A stretch of 64,000 nt of DNA, taken from the NCBI GenBank assembly GCA_037305845.1, contig CP147778.1, positions 1 through 64,000 on the forward strand. Direction: 5' to 3'. The translations under genes and the position numbers were made by a program. This document shows, one piece after another, positions 1-10,820 of the stretch (positions within the stretch are counted from its first letter, which is position 1; each line of letters begins with the position of its first letter). The notes beneath the pieces are model-generated. The model was given only the letters and a program-made list of their open reading frames with translations. It ran no database searches and had not been told where the DNA came from. Origin of the DNA: Candidatus Freyarchaeum deiterrae (lineage in GTDB: Archaea > Asgardarchaeota > Jordiarchaeia > Jordiarchaeales > Jordiarchaeaceae).

Positions 1-126
1 CCAAAATTTTATCGTACTAAAAATATTCTAATGAAACAATTTTCATTACTGATGACAAAACCAAGTTGACAATACTAATATAATTTCCAACCTATAATGG
101 CCATAATTAAAAATGGGTAGGTAAAA

Positions 127-990
127 TTAGGATTGCCCCTTTATCTTCTTATTTTTGTTAATGAACTCTAGGAGTTTTTGTTCCGCTGAGCCAATCGTTG
201 TGGGGAGCGTAGTATCCAACGATAGTTTGTGGTCTGTTTCCAGATCGTGGAATAGTTGTCCAACTATGGGTAGTTTAAGATCATACTTTTCTAGAATTTT
301 GTTATCTGAAAGAACCTCACTGGTCGAGCCAACTGCCCTAATTTTTCCACCGTACATTATGACTGTTCTCTCCGTGATTTGGGGTAGAGTGTTTACATCA
401 TGCGTGGCTATAATGATGGTTTTTCCCTTCGATGATAGGCTCTTTAGAATTTTTATGATGCTCTCTATGTTTTTGGGATCCAGGTTTGCTGTGGGTTCGT
501 CCAGTAAGAGTATGTCTGGTTCCATGGATAGAATGGTGGCGAAGGCTGCTCTTCTCTTCTCGCCGAAGCTGAGATGGTAGGGAGCTTTCTCCGCGCGGTC
601 TGTTAATCCTACGAGTTTTAAAGCCTTCTTAACTCGTTTTTCTACTTCTTCTGGTGGGAAGCCGAGATTCGTGGGGCCGAATGCTACATCGTCCCAGAGA
701 GTGGGGCAGAAGAGTTGGTTTTCAGGGTTTTGAAAAACGTACCCGATTCTTCTTCTTATTTCCTTAAGGTTTTTCTCTATTACCTTTTTTCCGAAAATGT
801 GTATCGTACCCTTGGTTGGTGTAAGGATGCCGTTAATGTTCATGAGCAGGGTTGACTTCCCCACTCCACTAGTTCCAAGGAGTAGAACGGACTCTCCAGC
901 GGATACATCTAGGCTTACATCCATTAGAGACCATGTACCGTCTGGATACTTATAATCCAGATTCTTTACGCTAACCGCTAGCTCAGACAA
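127..990 (-). CDS. cbiO: ECF-type (cobalt/nickel) transporter ATP-binding protein
   Basis: Walker A GTSGVGKST, Q-loop FQNPENQ, LSFGEKRR signature and LLLDEPT Walker B; overlaps cbiQ. Confidence 0.9.
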   Translation of the reverse strand: MSELAVSVKNLDYKYPDGTWSLMDVSLDVSAGESVLLLGTSGVGKSTLLMNINGILTPTKGTIHIFGKKVIEKNLKEIRRRIGYVFQNPENQLFCPTLWDDVAFGPTNLGFPPEEVEKRVKKALKLVGLTDRAEKAPYHLSFGEKRRAAFATILSMEPDILLLDEPTANLDPKNIESIIKILKSLSSKGKTIIIATHDVNTLPQITERTVIMYGGKIRAVGSTSEVLSDNKILEKYDLKLPIVGQLFHDLETDHKLSLDTTLPTTIGSAEQKLLEFINKNKKIKGQS

Positions 991-1924
991 TTAATACCCC
1001 CCAAAATTTTCTTGTAAAATCGGTTATAATATACACCTTTTTTATTACCGAATCTATCACTAAGTAGGAGAAGTAATAGTTGTTCAAAACCGTGAAACGG
1101 AAGGCTAAAAAGTTCATAGCTATTAAGCCGGAAACGAGTGCCAACACGAGAATAAGGAAAGCGACGTCTCTCTTCCTAGTTTTCTGCTGCCTATAGCTTT
1201 CCAGTTTACCAATGTACCCTCTCGAGAGCATGGCATAGTAAACGTTTTCTCCTCTTTCGTATGCTCTTATGAAGAGAGATCCTATCATTTGTCCGACGAC
1301 TTTAATCCTTTTTAGGAAACCCTCCTTTCCGTAGCTCCTCAGGTTTCTCGCCTGAATCATGGAAAGAGCCTCATCGGCAAAGAGGAAGATGTAACGATAG
1401 GTAATTAGAAGGAGCGTTGTGAAGAGTTCAGGCGCACCCAATTTTCTCAGAGCCATAGCTATACTCGAAAACTTGGTGGTTGAAATGAGGAGAATCGCTG
1501 ACCCCGAGGCTATCCACACTCGTGAAACAAAAACTATTGTTCGGTACAGTCCCTCAAAGGAAACCGTTAGATAAGTGTAACCATAAACGTGAATAATGGC
1601 TAAAGGAGTCCCGGTAACTATGAAGGGAAGCGGTAACGCGATTATGAGCGAGAAGAGAGGAATGATAGATGTTCGCACCGCGTATAATTTCAGTGGAATT
1701 CTGGAAAACAAAACCAAAATTGAAAGAATTATAAAGAGAATTCCAGAGAATATTACATTCTCCAATAACACTGCACAGACAATTATTGATACTAGGGAAA
1801 TGAGCTTGACTCTTGGATCCAATCGGTGTATAACGGAGTTTATATCAGTGGTTCTTTCAGTAAGTAGGGTATCCCTGAAAAAAGTCAACAACTCCTCCAT
1901 ACCGATAGGATTCTTCAAAGACAA
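983..1924 (-). CDS. cbiQ: ECF transporter transmembrane (T) component
   Basis: HRLDPRVKL N-terminal motif, multiple TM helices, ARNLRS and AMLSRGY motifs. Confidence 0.9.
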   Translation of the reverse strand: MSLKNPIGMEELLTFFRDTLLTERTTDINSVIHRLDPRVKLISLVSIIVCAVLLENVIFSGILFIILSILVLFSRIPLKLYAVRTSIIPLFSLIIALPLPFIVTGTPLAIIHVYGYTYLTVSFEGLYRTIVFVSRVWIASGSAILLISTTKFSSIAMALRKLGAPELFTTLLLITYRYIFLFADEALSMIQARNLRSYGKEGFLKRIKVVGQMIGSLFIRAYERGENVYYAMLSRGYIGKLESYRQQKTRKRDVAFLILVLALVSGLIAMNFLAFRFTVLNNYYFSYLVIDSVIKKVYIITDFTRKFWGVLIV

Positions 1925-2204
1925 ACCTCCGGGCCTTGAGTCAAAACAACTGCTTTTTTAACTAGATAATTGCCGCAGGAACTCCGTGAAAATGGTACGC
2001 TTTTTGAGTAATAAATTTTTCCTAAAAAGTAATACTGCAAACAAATCATAGCCTGTTAAATACTTTGCAAAATCTAAATATCTCACTTGAAGTCAGCAGT
2101 AAATCTACGCTTATCACAATAAAGACCTAAGATATATTTTAAAACATAGAAGAACATAACCCTAGAACGAGCATTATCAAGATGATTATTAGTGGTGCAG
2201 AACC

Positions 2205-2525
2205 GTGATAATAAAATCATTACAAGCAAAAACTGTTGAAATGTTTGAAGGAGTCCGGCGCAAGACCCTAGCTGTGGGAGAAAAAATGATGCTCGTCGAA
2301 TTCACCTTCCGTAAAGATTCAATAATACCTACTCACACTCACCCTAACGAGCAAGTGGGATACGTAGCAAAGGGAAAAATCAAATTAAAGATAGGAGAAA
2401 AAGAACACCAGCTTGGAACGGGAGACAGTTACTACATACCACCAAATATTGAACACGGCGCAACACTAATCGAAGAATCAATAATTATAGACGTTTTCAG
2501 CCCACCGAGAGAAGACTACAAGTGA
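2205..2525 (+). CDS. Cupin domain protein
   Basis: HTHPNEQ and IPPNIEHG metal-binding cupin motifs. Confidence 0.85.
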   Translation: MIIKSLQAKTVEMFEGVRRKTLAVGEKMMLVEFTFRKDSIIPTHTHPNEQVGYVAKGKIKLKIGEKEHQLGTGDSYYIPPNIEHGATLIEESIIIDVFSPPREDYK

Positions 2526-2616
2526 AAAACTGGGTTCAACTCCTCTTAAAACCGGTCACAGTTGGAGACGCTTTAGTTTTCCAATCATAAAAAAAGAGAA
2601 AAGGGAATGGTAGGGG

Positions 2617-3663
2617 TTAGCCTCTCCTTCTGTGGATGGCGATTGCTATACCAGCAATTACTATTACCGCCCCGATTCCGCCACCGATTAGTAGCAGTTT
2701 AGAGAAACTCTGCTGTTGCTGATAGTTGTCGAAGCTAAAGAATATCATAGTCTGCATAGTCTGAAGGGGGTTACTCGTAGAGATCAGCTCAGCTGTCCAA
2801 TTTCCACCGGAGCCGTAATCTAGGAAACACTTGACAAAGTTTTGAGCATCCAAGGAATAAGAGCACTGCGTTGAAGTCCAGAGCCATAGAGGTCCAAAGA
2901 TGTAAGCTAGAATGCCGAAGAGCAGAATTGGAGCGCCTGTATTATTGTTGATTTGGTAAGTATTATAAGTTCCAGCTGGCACCGTAACCGAAGTTGGACC
3001 AGAAACCGAGGCAGTAACATCAAAAGCTAAAGGGGATGGCCCGAATGTCTGATTATAACTTGTTGTGTTTACTGTCCATCCATCAATCCTTGCAGTCGCC
3101 GGATTATGCCATGATTGACCATTTGAGAGTGGAAACGCATAAAGGTTGACTGGTACATCAAACAACAAACGGTCAAATGTTTGGGAACTTGTGTGGTTAT
3201 TGTATCCAAAAACCTGTAGTATGTCCATTCGGGGGATGGAGTAATCTGTTGTACTTAGGTATAGACATGTTATTTGGGTATCGCTTGTAATATTTTGGGT
3301 ATCGTTTAGATATGAAGGATAGCCATAGGCGGTATATAATTGAATTACATCAATTGTTGTTGTGAGATTATAGCACTGCTGTACACTATAGTTATAGTCT
3401 GCTATGTATTCTACGCCGCTGTTTTGTTGAGTATAGGTAAAGGATCCGTTATAGGAGGAGTTACGGTACGTGAATTGATAGGTCCAAGTTTTCCCTGTGG
3501 ATATGCTTCCTGGGGTTTGGGCTGCCGAAACCGTTGTGGGGAAAAGGCTTGCGTTGTTAGGTTGCGCGAGGACATTACCTGCGAGAGAGGCTACCACAAG
3601 CAGTGAGAGGCTAAAGAGTGTTAACAATAACAGAATTTTTCTGGCTTTTTGGTTATTGAACAT
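2617..3663 (-). CDS. Secreted, C-terminally membrane-anchored protein (paralog of 3980-5002)
   Basis: N-terminal signal peptide, N/T/Y-rich body, VTVPAGTY motif, C-terminal poly-Q, TM helix and HRRRG tail. Confidence 0.75.
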   Translation of the reverse strand: MFNNQKARKILLLLTLFSLSLLVVASLAGNVLAQPNNASLFPTTVSAAQTPGSISTGKTWTYQFTYRNSSYNGSFTYTQQNSGVEYIADYNYSVQQCYNLTTTIDVIQLYTAYGYPSYLNDTQNITSDTQITCLYLSTTDYSIPRMDILQVFGYNNHTSSQTFDRLLFDVPVNLYAFPLSNGQSWHNPATARIDGWTVNTTSYNQTFGPSPLAFDVTASVSGPTSVTVPAGTYNTYQINNNTGAPILLFGILAYIFGPLWLWTSTQCSYSLDAQNFVKCFLDYGSGGNWTAELISTSNPLQTMQTMIFFSFDNYQQQQSFSKLLLIGGGIGAVIVIAGIAIAIHRRRG

Positions 3664-3979
3664 CCTCCGCTTTCTCCAAAAAACGTTTTATGAGTTTAAA
3701 TGATGGTTTCTTTTGCGATTTATTTCTATCTTTATAATTAAAAATTTATCGTTTTGAGTCAATTTTCAGTTGGCAGAAGTTTTGATTGGCGGATTTAACG
3801 CTTGAATATATTGCTAATCTTTACCTATCAAAAATTCACCGTCAAGTATTTTTGCGACGCATAGTCCACAAGGTTAAGCGTCGAGTAGCATGGTTTCCTA
3901 TATTTTATTTTTAAGTTTAAAAGGATGCTTTGGGTAAGCTCTAGTTTTTCAATCATAAAAAAAAAGGGAGGGGGAAGGG

Positions 3980-5002
3980 TTAACCAGCTCTTCTGTGGAG
4001 AACGATTGCAATTACTGCAATTGCTATTGCCGCCGTGATACCTCCGCCGACCAGAAGCAGTCTAAAGCTACCCTGTTGCTGTTGCCAAGAGTTGTAGAAG
4101 GTGGAGAACAGCATTATCTGAATGGGGTTATAAATAGAGAGTAGCTCAATTGTGACGTTACTAGAGGAACCTAAATCCATGAAGTACTTTACGAAGTTTT
4201 GAGCCGCCAGAGAGTACCAGACCTGCATTGAACCCAAATACGGCGCTACGAGCGTGCCTAAAATCCCGAAGAATAGATATGCAACATTATTGTTCGTGTA
4301 GTTGATTTGGTAAGCCTGATAGCTTCCAGCTGGCACAGTAACCGAGGTCAAACCAAGAACAGAGGCAGAAATGTTCCCAACAATCCACGATGAGCTTGAA
4401 TAATTGTTACCTAACGCGTCTATCGCCCATCCAGTAAGACTTGCATTCGCTATATTTTGCCATGAACCAGATAGTGGGAACTTATAGAGGTAGACTGTTA
4501 TGTTAAACAATGCGCTACCAAAAATTTTGGCGCTTGTGCCGTTTGAGAATCCCACATTCAGTAGTGTGTCTGCTCGGGGGATAGAATAATTCGTCGTGTT
4601 TATATATGAATATAATAGTTGAGTAGCACTCGTGACATCGTTACTTAAATTCAGGTCTGATAAGTCTACGCCCAATGATCGGGCCATTTGAATTATGTCA
4701 ACTGTTGTTATGAAATCATAGCATTGCTGGGTGCTACCGTTCCAATCCACTATGGGTATTATGCCACTGTTCTGCTGAGTATAAGTGAATGATCCAGTGT
4801 AGGGAGTGGAGTTACGATATGTGGCTTGATAGGCCCAGGTTTGCATTGTGGGTATACTCTCTGGGGTTTGAGCTGCTGAAATTGCGGTGGGTAAGAGGTT
4901 TGCACTGTTGGAATATGCAAGGGCGCTGCCTGCTAAGGGGGTTATTACGAGTAGTGAGAGGCTGGAGAGTGTTAAAAGTAGCAGAATTTGTCGTTTGGTC
5001 AT
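3980..5002 (-). CDS. Secreted, C-terminally membrane-anchored protein (paralog of 2617-3663)
   Basis: Shares GSFTYTQQNSG, YSIPR, VTVPAG and AQNFVK blocks and the anchor with the adjacent gene. Confidence 0.75.
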   Translation of the reverse strand: MTKRQILLLLTLSSLSLLVITPLAGSALAYSNSANLLPTAISAAQTPESIPTMQTWAYQATYRNSTPYTGSFTYTQQNSGIIPIVDWNGSTQQCYDFITTVDIIQMARSLGVDLSDLNLSNDVTSATQLLYSYINTTNYSIPRADTLLNVGFSNGTSAKIFGSALFNITVYLYKFPLSGSWQNIANASLTGWAIDALGNNYSSSSWIVGNISASVLGLTSVTVPAGSYQAYQINYTNNNVAYLFFGILGTLVAPYLGSMQVWYSLAAQNFVKYFMDLGSSSNVTIELLSIYNPIQIMLFSTFYNSWQQQQGSFRLLLVGGGITAAIAIAVIAIVLHRRAG

Positions 5003-5271
5003 CTTTCGCTTTCTCCTAAAACCTACTCTAATATTGAAATGGGTTTTTTTATAATTTATGTTTTTCCTACAAAATTAGAAATTAATGTTTTTAATTGATT
5101 TTTAGTTGATGGAAGCTTTGGTTGACGAAGTTAATGCTTGGACTTTATGGGAATTCTTGTGGGGTCAAAATTTTAGGGAGTGATGTGTAATAATGAGTTC
5201 CGAGAATTATTGTATTTTCTTCGATGTTTTTATTTTTGAATCCCAAAAGTTAATTAGAAGGATGCAAAAAG

Positions 5272-5898
5272 ATGCTTTCAGAGACTCTTAATCAGGATGG
5301 TCGCGGAATGAATTCGCAAAAGATAGGGTTGGAGGAGAGAGCTGCCGAAATTTTGTACGCAGCGGGAGTAAAACTTTTATCGGAAGGCAATGGTGAGAAA
5401 GCTCTTCAAAGATTTGAAAAAGCCTCAGAAATTTACACCAATAAAGGATTGAAACTGAAGAGTGCAAAATGCTTCAAGCAGATGGGAAATGTTTACGCGT
5501 TTTACGAGGAATGGGATAAAGCCGAAGAGTGCTACAAGAAGGCTATCGAACTTGAGAAAGAGTTGAAAAATTGGCCGAGTCTATTGGAGAACTTGTTCCT
5601 CATCTCCAATCTTTTAATGGACAAAAATGAATTGGACAGATCCTTAGAATACGTAGAGGAAGCTGAAAGGATTTCAAAAAAAGTGGGTGACGAAAGAAAC
5701 CAATTCCAATCCCATAAACAAATGGGTCTGATATACGAGAGAAAAGGGAATTTAAAAAAGGCAAAAGAGAGTTTTGAAAAAGCCATAAAGATTGGAGAAA
5801 AGTTTGAGCTTCCAGAAACCGGAATGATAACCAGAGAGATACTATGGATATTACAGAGGGAGGAAGACAAAGAAATCAAAAAACAGAAGAAAAGATAA
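5272..5898 (+). CDS. Tetratricopeptide repeat protein
   Basis: Repeated helical motifs (MGNVY..A.ECYKKA, MGLIY..A.ESFEKA). The start may be 5308. Confidence 0.8.
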   Translation: MLSETLNQDGRGMNSQKIGLEERAAEILYAAGVKLLSEGNGEKALQRFEKASEIYTNKGLKLKSAKCFKQMGNVYAFYEEWDKAEECYKKAIELEKELKNWPSLLENLFLISNLLMDKNELDRSLEYVEEAERISKKVGDERNQFQSHKQMGLIYERKGNLKKAKESFEKAIKIGEKFELPETGMITREILWILQREEDKEIKKQKKR

Positions 5899-5960
5899 TA
5901 TTCTAGTTAGTGTGGAATTGTCAAAAATTGTTAGAGTGTAGCGCCCCTTGCTTTTAGGGG

Positions 5961-6005
5961 GTAGTCTCCTCACGGTCATGGGTTTACCCGTGAGTTTCAT
6001 TCTAC
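5961..6005 (-). promoter_or_regulatory. Candidate eukaryote-type SECIS element overlapping the hdrA-mvhD stop codon
   Basis: Minus strand reads GUAG-A-AUGA-AACUCACGGGU-AAA-CCCAUG-ACCGUGAGGA-GA-CUAC: AUGA/GA core, AAA 11 nt after AUGA, CUCACGG/CCGUGAG helix and GUAG/CUAC basal helix. Confidence 0.7.
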
Positions 6006-8375
6006 AACGCTTGGAACTATTCTTAGTGGGTTGGGGCCGAGCTTGGAAATTTTTTCGGTCATTTCTTTAACCATGTTGGCGAATTTTGTGCCTTCCGCTG
6101 CGGAGCAGTACTCTATTTGAAGTCGCTCTTCTTCTAGTCCAACGGTTTTCATTACCTGCTTTAGGTACTCAACCTGGTTGGCGGCGGCGTAGTTTCCGAT
6201 TTCGTAGTTGCATTCTCCTTTTTGTCATCCTACGATTAGTACTCCGTCTGCGCCTCTGTAGAATGCTCTGAGTATTAGGTCGGGGTGTATCATTCCTGCG
6301 CATCTTACTTTAACGGTTCTTATTGATGGGGGGTATTGGGTTCTTATTGTTCCCGCCATGTCTGCGGCTCCGTAGCCTCATTTCCAGCAGAGAAACGCCA
6401 CTATTTTTGGGAATGATTCTGTCTCCGCGCCGGCTTCTACTTCTAGGAGTGAGTCGAGGTAAGCTTCGAATTGTTGGGGTCGGTAGTATCTTACTGTTAT
6501 GGCTTGAGTGGGGCATACTGAGAAGCATAAACCGCATCCTCTGCAGTGTATGTCTTCGACTTCAGCTTTGCCGTCCTTTTCAACGATGGCACCGTAGGGA
6601 CAGATTGACATGCATTGTCCGCAGCCGCTGCAGAGTTCTTTGTCGACTTGCGCTGAGATAACCTCTATGACGTACATACCTGCGATCATTGGTGAAGCTG
6701 CTGATGAGGCTGCTCCTTTCGCTTGGTAAACTGCTTCCGCTATAGACTTCGGTCCCTGGGATACTCCTGCTAGGTAGATTCCGGGGATTTTTGTTTCTAC
6801 GGGGTTTAGCCTTGAGTGGAACTCTTTAAAGAAGCCGTCGGGGCCTCTCTCCAGTCGTAACATGTTGGCGAGCATATTAGTGGTCTTTGATGGGATTACC
6901 GCCGTGGAGAGGACAACTAGGTCTGCTTCTGTGCTTGTAAGTTCACTGGTGAGGCTGTTTTCGCCTTCAACCACTAGGTTTTTTCCGTTGGAGTAGACTT
7001 CTGTCGGTCTTCCTCGGATGAACTTTATTCCGAACTCTCTGGCTCTTCGGTAGTAGTCTTCGTACTCTTTTCCCGCGCATCTTAGGTCCATGAACCAGAT
7101 TGTGACTTCGATGTCTGGATACTCCTGTTTTATGAGTTTGGCGTTTTTTAAGGCTACCATGCAGCAAACCTCTGAGCAGTAGCTGTTCGTTCTAATGTCT
7201 CTGGACCCGACGCACTGAATCATGACCACGCTCTTGGGTTTTTCACCGTCGGATACTTTTACCAGTTCACCGTTGGTGGGACCGTTGGGTGCGAGAAGTC
7301 TCTCAAGTGTGAGTTGTGTTATCACGTCCGGGTATTTCCCGTAGCCGTATTCGCCTCTCTCTGGAGTGTACACATCGTAGCCGGTTGCAACAATGATTGT
7401 TCCGACTTCTAGTTCTATTTCTTCTTCCTTCTGGTTAAAGTCTATGGCTTCTTCCTCGCAAGCCTTTACGCAGAGTCTGCACTTCACGCAGCTTTTCATG
7501 TCGATAAGAGCTTTTTTCGGAACAGCTTGAGCGAAGGGAACGTAAATTGCTTTCCGTGCACTGAGTCCAGAGTTGAACTCGTTCGGCCTGAAGATTGGGC
7601 AGGCTTCCTCGCAGGCTCCGCAACCCGTGCACTTATCCTCTATCACGTATCTGGGCTTCTTTACGACTTGGACGTGGAAGTTGCCTATGTTTCCCTCGAT
7701 TCTCTGTACCTCGGCGTTCGTTATCAGCTTCACCTTTTTGTTGTTTGCAACCTCAAACATTTTTGGGCCCAATATTCATATTGAGCAATCGTCTGTGGGG
7801 AAGGTTCTGTCTAGCTGCGCCATTTTTCCACCTATAGTGGGGCTCTTCTCCACCAGGTAGACTTCGAATCCGTCGTTCGCAAGGTCGAGGGACGCTTGGA
7901 TTCCGGCGACCCCTCCACCGATAATGAGAGCCTTCTTTTCAACGGGGATAACCATGGTGGCTATTGTTTCAAGGAAGGCGGCTCTGGATACAGCGGCTCT
8001 CACTAGGTCCTTTGCCTGTTCGAGGGCTTTTTCTGGTTGATTCATGTGGACGAATGAGACGTGTTCGCGGATGTTTACGAACTCCAGCATTCCCGGGTTT
8101 AGTCCAGCTCCCTCAAGTATGGTTTTGAAAACCGGCTCGTGAGTCTTGGGGGTGCAGGCTGCGACAATCACTCTGTTGAGATTGTTCTCATCTATTTTCT
8201 CTTTGATGAACTTTGCACTAGCCTCGGTGCACATCGAACCCTGAGTCTCTGAAACAACCACATTCTTCAGTTTAGATGCGTACTCTTTCAGTGCCTCAAT
8301 GTTTATTGTCCCTGCTATGTTAATGCCTCAACCGCACACAAAAACGCCTATGCGAATATCTTGTTGCTCTGTAAT
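5997..8375 (-). CDS. hdrA: Heterodisulfide reductase subunit A fused to MvhD/VhuD; selenoprotein with 4 in-frame UGA (Sec) codons
   Basis: One frame from ATT 8375 (SD GGAGGT upstream) to TGA 5997. In-frame TGAs at 8328-8330 (RIGVFVCG-U-G), 7776-7778 (TDDCSI-U-ILGPKM), 6378-6380 (FLCWK-U-GYGAAD) and 6225-6227 (GVLIVG-U-QKGECNY), all at conserved Cys positions. Also GGGVAG FAD motif and ferredoxin motifs. Confidence 0.9.
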
Positions 8376-8750
8376 TTTTTGGGCACCTCCTTTTTTCTTT
8401 AATAAGTGCCTAAGTTCTTTAATAACTAACTATAAAGGTTCTAAAACACACAGAACTAATGCTTATAAATAAGCTTTCCTACCGCTCTTTTCATTTCTCT
8501 AAAACGAAAAAACTTTAATGACTAATATCCAAGCTCTGAAATTGATGGAGGTGCCACTAAGTAGAGAGGCACATTTGCATCAATTTTACTTTACTAGTAT
8601 TCCTTTTTCTCCCAGCTAAAAATTAGTCCAAAGGGATTTACTTTCCTTACTGAATAAATGTTTACCTTTTTTGTTTTCACAGAGTGTAAACGCTTATCTG
8701 TCTTTAAAGAAAAAGAAGGAGTGTTTGAATGAATGTCGCATGAGCTGAGT

Positions 8751-9263
8751 TTATTTTCTCAAGTAGCCGCCTAGTAGGGCGAAAAAGATAATCACTATTA
8801 CGAAAGCTGAGAAACAAGTGATTATGGGACCTAAGGGTATTTGCAATGTGCTTAGATACACTGGGATATTATTGAACATAATTGAGTACTGCCATTGTCC
8901 TTGATAATAGTAGTAATAATAGACGGAGGGAACGTTTAATATTTGAAGATTAGTGGTACCTCCGATTCTCCTTATCAGGAAGAGGAATGAGGTGACTAAG
9001 GCTGTGGTCGACCCAAAAATGGTTAATCCTTCTGCGATTGCGTACTCGCTCGCTGAGAAAGATAGGAAAACACCGAGTATAGTGACAATAAAAGCGACAA
9101 TGCAGATGATACCTTCTAATGTAGAAAACCAGAAAGATGAGTCAACAATAGTGCCGAAGAGGGTTGTCTGAATTGTTAAAACGGGGAAGATTATTCCAAA
9201 GAACAATAGTATGGCAAAGATTACACTTAGGGCAAAAGCACTAATACGAACAGTTGTAGGCAT
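8751..9263 (-). CDS. Hypothetical membrane protein (about 4 TM)
   Basis: Four hydrophobic segments; SD-like GGTGA upstream. Confidence 0.6.
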   Translation of the reverse strand: MPTTVRISAFALSVIFAILLFFGIIFPVLTIQTTLFGTIVDSSFWFSTLEGIICIVAFIVTILGVFLSFSASEYAIAEGLTIFGSTTALVTSFLFLIRRIGGTTNLQILNVPSVYYYYYYQGQWQYSIMFNNIPVYLSTLQIPLGPIITCFSAFVIVIIFFALLGGYLRK

Positions 9264-9477
9264 TTCTTCTCACCAATAGTCCAATTTTCGATTAAACATA
9301 TCCTACGGACGTAATATAAAAAAATTACTAAACACTTTTGAAAGAAAACCCATTTTTGCTAGATTTACTAATTCTCTTGCCATAAAAGTATTTTAGCTCC
9401 CAATTTTTGTTGTCACACTTTTGGGTGGGTTAAGTCTTTAAGTTTGGAGGACGGATAGGTGGTTTAAGGGTGATGTT

Positions 9478-10668
9478 TTGAGCTGGATTTGGAGTTTAAT
9501 TCCCGAAAAATGCTCCATTTGCGGTAAAAAGCTTAACAAGCCTGTGAAATCCGGCCGCATTGCTTTCGCTCAGCATAAGGAGTGCTACTTCAATTTTTGG
9601 AGGAGCAAGGGTAGGATACCCGCCGCCCCATCATATAGGAGGTTGAAGAGCCCCGCGCTCAAGACTGCAAATATGGACTGCCTGAGAAGCCGATTCTCAC
9701 TAAACCTTTCCGACGGCTGCCCCCACGAGTGCGCTTACTGCTACGCTCGGGCCATGTGGCCCAGTCCACCTCACGGCTCATACTTCGTCCGTTTAGGAAT
9801 GGTTGACCGGGTTAAATCCTTCATAAATCGTTCAAGAGTGGTCAAACCCGTATACGCCTCGCCGGTAAGCGATCCCCTCGCGTCACCCGAATTGGCCGGG
9901 ATGATGACTGAACTCTCCCAATTCTTCGTGGATAAAGGCATCCCATTTTATCTAGTAACAAAGGGCGAAATCCCCGACAAGATATTTGAGATAACTCAAG
10001 ATTATCCCTATTTCGCGGTGCAGGTTTCTCTAACCACCCTCGACGAGGATCTCGCCCGTTTAATTGAGCCCAACGCTCCTACACCAGTGGTTAGATTGAA
10101 TAATATTCGAAGGGCGAAGGATCATGGTGTGTTCACCGTGCTGCGAGAAGATCCATTCCTTCCCTTTTTAACAGACGGCGACCGGAATATTACCGAACTC
10201 ACAGAAGCAGCTCTGGACGCAGGAGTAGACCACATCATCGGCAGCTTTATGGGCCTCAAGGTCTCTTCACCCAGCCACTTCGAATACCTTCAACTATGGT
10301 TCAGAGAAAATGAACTATTAGATATGGAGAACAAGTACAGGGAGCTTTTCTTCAAAAAGGGGAGGGTGTTTCACGGATATCGGATAAGCTGGGACAAGTA
10401 CCGTTACCCCAAACTCAAGCTCCTTCGTAACCGCATCCTAGAATCGAAAAAGAAAACAACATACGGGCTGTGTATGGAAGACATGGACGAGTTGTGGATA
10501 GGGGAAAAATGTGAAGGATTCGGATTCCCTCCAGTTAAGCGGAAAGATGATCAAAAATTTGTACCAATAGAAGGATGCGAGGGTAACTGTCGAACCTGCC
10601 TTATTCAATGCACAAGCAAAACCAGACAACTAAAACTGGTAGACACCACTAATCAGACCAACTTGTAG
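9478..10668 (+). CDS. Radical SAM protein, spore photoproduct lyase-like family
   Basis: CPHECAYC (CxxxCxxC), SDP, LVTKG and IEPNAPTP..RL motifs; extra Cys clusters at both termini. Confidence 0.8.
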   Translation: MSWIWSLIPEKCSICGKKLNKPVKSGRIAFAQHKECYFNFWRSKGRIPAAPSYRRLKSPALKTANMDCLRSRFSLNLSDGCPHECAYCYARAMWPSPPHGSYFVRLGMVDRVKSFINRSRVVKPVYASPVSDPLASPELAGMMTELSQFFVDKGIPFYLVTKGEIPDKIFEITQDYPYFAVQVSLTTLDEDLARLIEPNAPTPVVRLNNIRRAKDHGVFTVLREDPFLPFLTDGDRNITELTEAALDAGVDHIIGSFMGLKVSSPSHFEYLQLWFRENELLDMENKYRELFFKKGRVFHGYRISWDKYRYPKLKLLRNRILESKKKTTYGLCMEDMDELWIGEKCEGFGFPPVKRKDDQKFVPIEGCEGNCRTCLIQCTSKTRQLKLVDTTNQTNL

Positions 10669-10820
10669 ATTCAGTTGACTAACCATACGCTGAGCAGAAA
10701 TTTTTGTTTCGAGTGTGTTCTTAAATTTTAGTTAATTAATCCCCGAAAAATATTAAGAAAACAAAAATAAATCGGAAGAATACTCACATTAATTATACAA
10801 CGCTTTAGCAGCAGTATTGA

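Noticed and set aside
1925-2200. Cobalamin or metal riboswitch upstream of cbiQ
   Set aside because: No B12-box or other conserved riboswitch motif could be identified.
6378-8261. hdrA as two genes or as a nonsense-mutated pseudogene
   Set aside because: All four interruptions are TGA, in frame and at conserved Cys positions, with a SECIS-like element downstream. Other TGA codons in the window act as normal stops, so this is not a genome-wide code change.
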